The notes under the pieces were generated by a model. That model saw nothing but the letters and a program-made list of their open reading frames with translations, searched no databases and was not told the DNA's origin. Below, piece after piece: positions 27,894 to 34,875 of a stretch of 64,000 nt of DNA (positions are counted from its first letter, which is position 1; each line of letters starts with the position of its first letter). This DNA comes from Eubacteriales bacterium. Lineage in GTDB: Bacteria; Bacillota; Clostridia; Oscillospirales; JAAYXM01. The DNA lies in assembly GCA_045586595.1 (NCBI GenBank), contig JAZNAQ010000035.1:4310-68309 (forward strand), written 5' to 3'. A program made the position numbers and the translations under genes.

Positions 27894-30800
27894 CTATCTC
27901 TTAAATTCTTTTTTGAAATCAGGCATACACCCAAGCGGCGTAGACCAGTACACGACACCGTCTACCACAACAAACCCCTTGGCGAAGTACATTCCCGCTG
28001 TGTTCTCCGGAATGTTTATAAGGTCACCGTAAAATGTTTTTGACGGAATCCCCTTTATAATATTACCGACCTGCGTATCATCGGTTTCTGATTTGATGAA
28101 CTTAATTCCGGACTCCGTAACTTCACCGTTAATATCTGCATGGAACAGATAGCGCATAAGCCCAAGCTTTTTGCCGTTTTCGCTGTAATAACCTGCATCA
28201 GTGTCCGTAGTCCATGTAGCTTCTATAATCACCTCATATTCACTTGTACCCTCTCCATAAAAAACAGTTACTGCTTGCTTTCCGGATGTCGAAATATCAC
28301 ACGACAATATCCATCCGTCAGTTGCCGTTTTTACTGAGCCGTCGTTATATGTAACCTGAAGCTCCATTCCCGAAGCATCTATCGCCTCACCCTTTTTGAA
28401 CCTAAGCTTGTCGGGCAGTTTTGTTATCTCAATTTTTGTAACTACGGGTGCAAGCGCTTCAAACGAAAGATTCTGATTTTCTGCAAATGTCTTTGCGGCA
28501 CTGTTTTCATATGCTTTAACTGTTACCGCCGTGGAATTTGCAAATGTTGTTTCACTCAACTGAGAATTTTCTCCAAGAACAGTAACTTCAGTAAGTGCTG
28601 AATTACCCGAGAAGGCATTTGCCTCAACTGCTTCAACGCTTTCCGGAATAATTACTTCACTTAGTGATGAACAGTTTTCAAAGGCACTTCCCCCTATTGT
28701 TTTTGTATTCTCTGAAAAATCCACACTTATAAGTGATGAACAGTCCTTAAACGAGTTTTCACTTACCTTTGTAACACCTTCACCGATGATTGCCGCACTC
28801 AACTGCGAACACCCTTCAAATGCACCTATTCCTATAGCTGTAACACTATCAGGGATTATAACCGCGTTAAAGGTTGCATATCCGGCAAACGCGCTGTCTG
28901 CAATAGCTGTAACAGGAAGACCGTCTATTGTATCCGGAATTACAAGCATATTGTAATCAGCATCCGTGCTCGCAACCATCACATCTGAAATACCTGTAAT
29001 TTTTACGCCATTGTTTTCTTTTGTATATGTATAATAATTACCCCAAGTATTAGAAACATTATCCACGCATGATTGTATATAATACTCAAAGTTCCATGCG
29101 TCAATCTGCTTTATGTGTTCATCTATTTTTGCTTGCGTACTTTTATTTGTCGTTAGCTTTCTCGCGTTTTCTAACGCTGAGCGCATAGACCCCATTAGTC
29201 CGCAATAAATAATTTCATAGTCATCAATCTCGTCCATAAATTCATCAATTTCAAACGTAGAGGAATTTAATTTACTATTAATAAAAAACCTTTGTATGTC
29301 ATCGTCCAATATGTTTCTAAATGACGCAACATTATCCCAATTTATAACCGTCGCATTATAATCGTCGATGACAAGTGCTCCCGGAAGCTTCTGCACCACC
29401 CAAACCGAGCTGTTCACAATAAAATTTGCTATGTTGTAAGCAAGACTAAGCTGAGTAGGCGTAACAGTAGCATTTGATATGTAGTTTATAGCTGTTGCCA
29501 CAAGTTTTGGCGTATTTTCAAACAGTTTTTCAAGTACTTTCTCAGCAAGATATGTTTCTGCAACATACTGTGCTTTCCCCAATACGTCGCGCCTGTTGTT
29601 CATACGCATAAGTGAATCATATAAATCTGTTCCTTTTGGGACTTTCTTTATTAGTAAATCAACCAATTTGCCGCTTACCATATCTGTCATAATTACCGTA
29701 GTGATTACTTCTGCTGGTTCAAGCACCTTTCCAAATTTATCGAGCAAATCGGCGGCATCTCCCCACTCCTTGGTAAAAAACGATACAATATCTTCTATAT
29801 CTTCAGTTGAGTATATGCCGCCCGTTGCCTGGGATAAATCAGATGCAAACTGTGCTGTTGACGTTGTGTATGCAAAATTGTAAATATCTGCCGCGCCGGA
29901 CATATATTTCATATTATCTCTAAATGCGTCACCCACATCTGATACAATACCTTTTATTACGCTCGACGAGCTTTCAATCTCCCTTAGAAGCTCTAAAAGC
30001 TGTTCGTCCTGAAACCGCTCTAAACTGTCGGTATAGTCCTGTCCATTTGACATACAAAAAGCCTCTGCTATGGAATCCCATACAATCTTTCCCATATTTG
30101 CCTGGACATGTAGATATTTACCGAATTTAAACTTCCCAATTGGTATATTGTCAATAGTATATCCTATGGTCTCCGAGCAGGATCTTATAACGTCAAAAAA
30201 TGCATAGTTGTTTAAATATTCTGGATATTCGTAAAAAAGTTTGCTGCAAAAATGTATCTCTGCATTTTTCAGTTCTGTGTTACCCTCAATTTTATCCCAT
30301 GTATTACTTAATGCTATGAAATATACATCATCTACTCCACTGTAATCAAAAGCACCTTCCCCAATACTGATCACACTGTCGAAAATTGTTATATTTTGCA
30401 TATTATAGCACTCTGCAAACGTCCACGAGTCTATAGTTGTCACGCTATTTGGGATTGTTACATCCTTAAGACTTGTGCATCCAAAAAATGCACTCGCACC
30501 AATATCGGTCACGCTATTGGGGATTGTTATATTCTTAAGACTTGTGCACTCTGCAAACGCACTCATCCCAATACTTGTCACGCTGTCGGGGATTGTTATA
30601 TTCTTAAGACTTGTGCACTCTGCAAATGCACCCATCCCAATACTTGTCACGCTGTCGGGAATATTATATGTATCCTCGCACTTACCGGCGGGAAAGCAAC
30701 TAATCTCAGATCTGTCGCTATTAAATAAAACTCCATCTATGGATGAATAACATAGATTATTTCGAGACACCGTGATACTTGTAAGGTTGCTACATCCCCG

Positions 30801-31223
30801 AAACGGATCACCTTCAATAGTTGTTACGCTGCCAGGGATTGTTATACTTTCTAGGCTGGTACATCCACCAAACGCACCACCTCCAATAGTTGTTACGCTG
30901 TTAGGGATTGTTATACTTTCTAGGCTGGTACATCCACTAAACGCACCATGTTCAATAGTTGTTATACCGTATTCAATTATAACTGTTCTTATTACTTCAT
31001 ATTCGTTGTAGCCAAGCCATCCAGTATCTCCAATCTCAACGATGTCAATCATTTCTCCGCTTCCACTAATGACAAGTGTTCCTTCACTATAAAGCGTCCA
31101 CGACATATTCTCGTATGTTCTTGTTCTTATGATTTCAGCCGCATCTGCTGTAATCACAAACGAAGGCATCGCACTTATTAGCATACACAACACCAACACC
31201 AAGCTTAAAAGCCGTTTTTTCAT
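27894..31223 (-). CDS. secreted BspA-type leucine-rich-repeat (LRR_5) protein with unknown central domain and C-terminal Ig-like domain (1109 aa)
   Basis: Signal peptide MKKRLLSLVLVLCMLISAMPSFVITADA. About 23-aa repeats IPNSVTTIGGGAFGGCTSLESITIP in two blocks. Ig-like segment VTKIEITKLPDKLRFKKGEAIDASGMELQVTYNDGS. Start set to ATG 31223 after AGGAGG; the 31253 start has no SD. Confidence 0.85.
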   Translation of the reverse strand: MKKRLLSLVLVLCMLISAMPSFVITADAAEIIRTRTYENMSWTLYSEGTLVISGSGEMIDIVEIGDTGWLGYNEYEVIRTVIIEYGITTIEHGAFSGCTSLESITIPNSVTTIGGGAFGGCTSLESITIPGSVTTIEGDPFRGCSNLTSITVSRNNLCYSSIDGVLFNSDRSEISCFPAGKCEDTYNIPDSVTSIGMGAFAECTSLKNITIPDSVTSIGMSAFAECTSLKNITIPNSVTDIGASAFFGCTSLKDVTIPNSVTTIDSWTFAECYNMQNITIFDSVISIGEGAFDYSGVDDVYFIALSNTWDKIEGNTELKNAEIHFCSKLFYEYPEYLNNYAFFDVIRSCSETIGYTIDNIPIGKFKFGKYLHVQANMGKIVWDSIAEAFCMSNGQDYTDSLERFQDEQLLELLREIESSSSVIKGIVSDVGDAFRDNMKYMSGAADIYNFAYTTSTAQFASDLSQATGGIYSTEDIEDIVSFFTKEWGDAADLLDKFGKVLEPAEVITTVIMTDMVSGKLVDLLIKKVPKGTDLYDSLMRMNNRRDVLGKAQYVAETYLAEKVLEKLFENTPKLVATAINYISNATVTPTQLSLAYNIANFIVNSSVWVVQKLPGALVIDDYNATVINWDNVASFRNILDDDIQRFFINSKLNSSTFEIDEFMDEIDDYEIIYCGLMGSMRSALENARKLTTNKSTQAKIDEHIKQIDAWNFEYYIQSCVDNVSNTWGNYYTYTKENNGVKITGISDVMVASTDADYNMLVIPDTIDGLPVTAIADSAFAGYATFNAVIIPDSVTAIGIGAFEGCSQLSAAIIGEGVTKVSENSFKDCSSLISVDFSENTKTIGGSAFENCSSLSEVIIPESVEAVEANAFSGNSALTEVTVLGENSQLSETTFANSTAVTVKAYENSAAKTFAENQNLSFEALAPVVTKIEITKLPDKLRFKKGEAIDASGMELQVTYNDGSVKTATDGWILSCDISTSGKQAVTVFYGEGTSEYEVIIEATWTTDTDAGYYSENGKKLGLMRYLFHADINGEVTESGIKFIKSETDDTQVGNIIKGIPSKTFYGDLINIPENTAGMYFAKGFVVVDGVVYWSTPLGCMPDFKKEFKR
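30396..30671 (-). repeat. four tandem 69-bp coding repeats (23-aa LRR modules)
   Basis: Period 69 bp starting at 30396, 30465, 30534 and 30603. Copies 30534-30602 and 30603-30671 differ at only a handful of positions. Confidence 0.8.
30782..30988 (-). repeat. three tandem 69-bp coding repeats (LRR modules)
   Basis: Copies start at 30782, 30851 and 30920, with a shared core CTAGGCTGGTACATCCAC-AAACGCACCA...CAATAGTTGTTA. Confidence 0.75.
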
Positions 31224-31268
31224 ATTTCTTTTTCCTCCTGTGATTTTTTTCATAATACTGCAAACAAT

Positions 31269-31297
31269 ATTTTACTCAAAGTCTGAGTAAAAGTCAA
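31269..31297 (-). promoter_or_regulatory. candidate promoter of the LRR gene
   Basis: On the minus strand: TTGACT (31292-31297), 17-nt spacer, TAAAAT (31269-31274). Confidence 0.55.
31272..31290. promoter_or_regulatory. operator-like palindrome O1: TTACTCA-N5-TGAGTAA
   Basis: Perfect 7+7 inverted repeat. Occupies the spacer and -10 of the LRR promoter. Confidence 0.55.
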
Positions 31298-31315
31298 TAC
31301 TCAAACATTGAGTAT
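31297..31315. promoter_or_regulatory. operator-like palindrome O2: ATACTCA-N5-TGAGTAT
   Basis: Perfect 7+7 inverted repeat with the same half-site core TACTCA as O1. Centres are 25 bp apart. Abuts the -35 of the LRR promoter and contains the candidate -35 (TTGAGT, 31308-31313) of the XRE gene. Confidence 0.55.
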
Positions 31316-31357
31316 GCTATTCTCTTTTTTGTATAAAATAGAGAGGGGCGAGAAGTT

Positions 31358-31579
31358 ATGGATTACAGAACAAGGTTAAAAAATTTGAGAGAAGACAATG
31401 ATTATACACAGGCTTATGTAGGCAAACTGTTAAACAAGTCTCAGCAGGGCTACAATCACATTGAAATCGGGCGGGCGGAGCTTAAAATAGACGATTTGGC
31501 AATTCTGTGTAAGCTGTATAACATTTCCGCGGATTATATAATCGGACTGACAGACAGAGTGGTTCCATATCATAAATAA
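31358..31579 (+). CDS. XRE-family helix-turn-helix transcriptional regulator (73 aa)
   Basis: HTH_3-like LKNLREDNDYTQAYVGKLLNKSQQGYNHIEIGRAELKIDDLAILCKLYNISADYIIG. Divergent from the LRR gene. Confidence 0.85.
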   Translation: MDYRTRLKNLREDNDYTQAYVGKLLNKSQQGYNHIEIGRAELKIDDLAILCKLYNISADYIIGLTDRVVPYHK

Positions 31580-31587
31580 CATACAAA

Positions 31588-31629
31588 AAGAGGTACAGTC
31601 CACAACAAACTGTACCTCTTCCTTTTTTT
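31588..31629. terminator. bidirectional terminator (XRE gene / feo operon convergent); right boundary of the cassette
   Basis: 12-bp stem AAGAGGTACAGT/ACTGTACCTCTT (31588-31599/31609-31620), then a T-run; A-run upstream. Confidence 0.75.
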
Positions 31630-31879
31630 ATCTCCCAAACAAAGAAAACTTCTTTTTATATTCTTCGCATTTTATATCAGAAACAGCATATCCGGTTTCT
31701 TTTACGGCTTCAAGGATTTCGTTCTCAGAGATTGGTGCTTTTGCGATAATCTCGGTCTTCTTCTCCGAGTGTGAGGATGTGACCTTTTTTACATCAAAAG
31801 CTTTTTCTATTGCCCCGTTCATGTGTGCTTCACAATGGGCGCACATCATGCCCTCAACGCGCATGGTTATCTTTACCAT
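31628..31879 (-). CDS. heavy-metal-associated (HMA) domain protein, CopZ-like metallochaperone fold
   Basis: MVKITMRVEGMMCAHCEAH (GMxCxxC). Its ATG overlaps the stop of the upstream mini-gene (TAATG). Confidence 0.85.
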   Translation of the reverse strand: MVKITMRVEGMMCAHCEAHMNGAIEKAFDVKKVTSSHSEKKTEIIAKAPISENEILEAVKETGYAVSDIKCEEYKKKFSLFGR

Positions 31880-32034
31880 TATTCTTCCTCCTTATCGCAG
31901 GCAGTACAAGAAGAGCACGAACCGCCGTGCGGGCAGCCGATACATTTCTTGCCGCTTTTTTTAGCCTTTATCACATACCCTGCCGCGGCACCGATAATTA
32001 TAACGAGTGCGGCGATGATAATGATATCAGTCAT
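31879..32034 (-). CDS. FeoB-associated Cys-rich membrane mini-protein (51 aa): MTDIIIIAALVIIIGAAAGYVIKAKKSGKKCIGCPHGGSCSSCTACDKEEE
   Basis: Hand translation; not in the ORF track. One TM followed by a CxxC...CxxCxxC tail. AAGGAG SD overlaps the feoB stop. Confidence 0.7.
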   Translation of the reverse strand: MTDIIIIAALVIIIGAAAGYVIKAKKSGKKCIGCPHGGSCSSCTACDKEEE

Positions 32035-32048
32035 TTCAAATCAACTCC

Positions 32049-34040
32049 TTACTTTGAAAGAGCATATTCTGTCTTAATGCTTCTGTTAGCTTTTTTGATG
32101 AGGTAAGACACAATAGCCGCAAATGCTATTACCGCTATAAGACCCGGAACAAAACCTGCGCCGAATGTACCCTCAACGATGAGTGTGCCTATCTGATATA
32201 CAAGGTAGCCTACCGTAAAGCCGACCCCGAGCTGGAGGCCGATTCCGCCCCAGAGCCACTTGGCGCTCTTCATCTCAGCATTCATAGCTCCTATTGCCGC
32301 AAAGCACGGCGGAGTGTAGAGGTTAAACATGAGGTATGCAAGAGCCGCGACCTTTGTAATCGCGATTATGCCTGCTGCATCTGCACCCGCGCCAACAAGA
32401 GCAAGCTCATCCATGTCGATGAGGTTTTCAAGACCGACAAAGCATACAGCGAGCGTACCGACAACGTTCTCTTTTGCGATAAAGCCTGTAACTGCTGCTG
32501 CTGCAAGCTGCCATGAAAGAACGCCCACAACAGGGATAAGAAGATAAGCAAACGGACGTGCAATAGATGCAAGGATAGATGTATCTGCGCTTTCTGCTAC
32601 AGCAAAGCTCCAGTCAAACGTCTGCATAATCTGAACCGCAGTGTTGCAGAGGAGAATAATCGTTGCGGCTTTTACTATGTATGCCCAGCCGCGGCTGCAC
32701 ATTGACTTGAATGCGCCCCAAAAGCTCGGAATCTTATACTCGGGAAGCTCAATGATAAAGAATGACTTACGCGCCTTATAACCTGTAATCTTGTTTATAA
32801 GAAGTGCCGAGAGGAAGATAAGAACTATACCGGAAAGATACATTGTTGTGCTTACCCAGCCTGCGTCTTCAAAGAAAGCACCTGCAAAGAGTGCAATTAC
32901 CGGAATCTTTGCGCCACAAGGCATAAACGGAGCAAGCATAGCGGTTGCGCGTCTCTCGCGCTCGTTGCGGATTGTACGGCTCGCCATAATGCCCGGAACT
33001 GCACAACCTATTGTGATAACAAACGGGATGACAGACTTACCTGAAAGTCCTACCCTTTTAAATATCGGGTCAAGCACTACCGAAACTCGTGCCATATATC
33101 CGCAGTCCTCAAGAATCGCAATGAGGAAGTACATAACCATAACGAGCGGCAAAAAACCAATAACGGCGATTACCCCGCCGATAACTCCGTCTACAAGAAG
33201 GGCGGAGAGCAATGGGTTTGCATCTGCAAGAAGCTCGCCTACAAAGCCCTGGAAGGTTTCAAGCCAACCTACAAGCCAATCTGCAATCGGTGTACCAACC
33301 CATACCTGTGAAATCTGGAAGACAAGCCACATAACAACAGCAAAAATCGGGATACCGAGCCACTTGTTAGTAAGAACTGCGTCGATGCCATCCTGAAAGT
33401 TCTTTTTGTTTGTATAAACCTTGCGGCTCTCAACGCCTGCAACTATCTTGTTTACAAACTCAAAACGCCTTCTGTCCGCAGCTTCAACGGCTTTCTTATC
33501 AGTCAAATTCACATTGCCCTGAAAATACGGCGCACTCTGGCTTTTACCTACACACTCAACGGCAGTTTTTATAACCTGGCGCAGGCCATCAGCCACGATT
33601 GAAACCGTTTCAACAACAGGACAGCCGAGCTTCTCGGAGAGTGCGTCTGCATCAATCTTTGTCTCCTTCTTCCTGTTGATGTCTGACTTGTTAAGAGCAA
33701 CAACAACAGGAATACCAAGCTCAAGAAGCTGAGTTGTGAAGAAAAGGCTTCTGCTTAAGTTTGTTGCATCTACTATATTTATAATAACGTCAGGATTCTC
33801 GCCCTTGACGTATGCACTTGTGATGCTCTCCTCTGAAGTGAACGGAGACATCGAGTATGCACCCGGAAGGTCAACCGCCACAAGCTCTTCCTTACCATCA
33901 TAAAAGTTTTTCTTAATGGTGTGTTGCTTCTTTTCAACGGTAACACCCGCCCAGTTACCGACCTTTTCATTACTGCCCGTAAGCGCGTTGTACATAGTTG
34001 TTTTACCGCTGTTGGGATTGCCCGTCAACGCAATTCTCAT
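32049..34040 (-). CDS. feoB: ferrous iron transporter FeoB
   Basis: G-domain GNPNSGKTT and DLPG, followed by a polytopic membrane domain. 663 aa. Confidence 0.95.
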   Translation of the reverse strand: MRIALTGNPNSGKTTMYNALTGSNEKVGNWAGVTVEKKQHTIKKNFYDGKEELVAVDLPGAYSMSPFTSEESITSAYVKGENPDVIINIVDATNLSRSLFFTTQLLELGIPVVVALNKSDINRKKETKIDADALSEKLGCPVVETVSIVADGLRQVIKTAVECVGKSQSAPYFQGNVNLTDKKAVEAADRRRFEFVNKIVAGVESRKVYTNKKNFQDGIDAVLTNKWLGIPIFAVVMWLVFQISQVWVGTPIADWLVGWLETFQGFVGELLADANPLLSALLVDGVIGGVIAVIGFLPLVMVMYFLIAILEDCGYMARVSVVLDPIFKRVGLSGKSVIPFVITIGCAVPGIMASRTIRNERERRATAMLAPFMPCGAKIPVIALFAGAFFEDAGWVSTTMYLSGIVLIFLSALLINKITGYKARKSFFIIELPEYKIPSFWGAFKSMCSRGWAYIVKAATIILLCNTAVQIMQTFDWSFAVAESADTSILASIARPFAYLLIPVVGVLSWQLAAAAVTGFIAKENVVGTLAVCFVGLENLIDMDELALVGAGADAAGIIAITKVAALAYLMFNLYTPPCFAAIGAMNAEMKSAKWLWGGIGLQLGVGFTVGYLVYQIGTLIVEGTFGAGFVPGLIAVIAFAAIVSYLIKKANRSIKTEYALSK

Positions 34041-34120
34041 TTATAATTCCTCCTTGTTTATGTATTTTATATGTTAAGGTTTAGTTTCAAAGTCTTTGGT
34101 TACCCTCTGCTAACTGTACT

Positions 34121-34148
34121 TCAAAATTAAAAGCCGACTTTTGTCGGC
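34121..34148 (-). terminator. short intrinsic terminator/attenuator-like hairpin between feoA and feoB
   Basis: On the minus strand: GCCGAC-AAAA-GTCGGC followed by TTTTAATTTT. Confidence 0.4.
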
Positions 34149-34162
34149 CGGGTTTGACCGTT

Positions 34163-34381
34163 TTAACCGTCAACAACTATAGCCTCTGCGAGCTGTGTGT
34201 CTATATTATATCTGCCATCTTTAATAGAGACAGTGCACCCGCCCTTGCGGTGAGAGATTACCGTAATCGGCTCGCCGCTATAGCACCCGAGCGAAAAGAG
34301 AAAGGAGTTGAGTTCTTCATCGTCCGTTTCAATTCGCTCAATTATGTATTCTTTGCCCTCCAAGGCATCTCTTAAAGTCAT
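34163..34381 (-). CDS. feoA: FeoA family protein
   Basis: 72-aa SH3-like FeoA (LGCYSGEPITVISHRKGGCTVSIKDGRY), located upstream of feoB. Confidence 0.9.
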   Translation of the reverse strand: MTLRDALEGKEYIIERIETDDEELNSFLFSLGCYSGEPITVISHRKGGCTVSIKDGRYNIDTQLAEAIVVDG

Positions 34382-34438
34382 AAAGTATCACCTTAACCTA
34401 TCTGCGACCACTAAAGTTAGCACCCGCTAACCATATAT

Positions 34439-34467
34439 ATAATACACGCATCGGAAACATTTGTCAA
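34439..34467 (-). promoter_or_regulatory. candidate feo operon promoter
   Basis: On the minus strand: TTGACA (34462-34467), 17-nt spacer, TATTAT (34439-34444). Confidence 0.55.
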
Positions 34468-34486
34468 GTATTTTTAAAAAATAAAT

Positions 34487-34514
34487 ATCGCACCCGAAAG
34501 GTTTCGGGTGCGAT
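34487..34514 (-). terminator. terminator of the alaS-hit operon
   Basis: Long stem CGCACCCGAAA/TTTCGGGTGCG, followed on the minus strand by ATTTATTTTTT. Confidence 0.75.
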
Positions 34515-34520
34515 TTGTTG

Positions 34521-34862
34521 TTATGCCATTTCTACATTAAGCTTTTTGCCGCCGAGGATGTGAAAGTGAAGGTGATGAACGGTCTGCCCCGCGTCATCGC
34601 CGCAGTTTGATACCACGCGATATCCGCCTGTAAGACCTTCCTCACGAGCTATGCGCGCAATCACTTCAAATATGTGTGAAACAACTGCAGAATTCTTTTC
34701 GTCTATCTCTGCAACCGAAGCAATGTGCACTTTGGGAATGACAAGAATATGGCTCGGAGCCTGCGGAGCTATATCACGAAAGGCAAGCACAAGCTCGTCC
34801 TCATAAACCTTAGTGGACGGAATTTCACCGGCAATTATTTTACAAAAGAGACAATCTGACAT
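34521..34862 (-). CDS. HIT family protein (histidine triad nucleotide-binding)
   Basis: HHLHFHILGG histidine triad. Start set to ATG 34862 (MSDCLFCKIIAGEIP). The longer track ORF overlaps the alaS 3' end. Confidence 0.85.
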   Translation of the reverse strand: MSDCLFCKIIAGEIPSTKVYEDELVLAFRDIAPQAPSHILVIPKVHIASVAEIDEKNSAVVSHIFEVIARIAREEGLTGGYRVVSNCGDDAGQTVHHLHFHILGGKKLNVEMA

Positions 34863-34875
34863 GAGTTGTACCCCC

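Noticed and set aside
30396-30988. CRISPR-like regular repeats
   Set aside because: The 69-bp periodicity lies in frame inside a long ORF and encodes 23-aa LRR modules. There is no repeat/unique-spacer alternation and there are no cas genes.
31224-31253. Upstream ATG (31253) as start of the LRR protein
   Set aside because: It has no SD. The AGGAGG that serves ATG 31223 lies inside the putative extension, and MKKRLLSLVLVL... is a canonical signal-peptide start.
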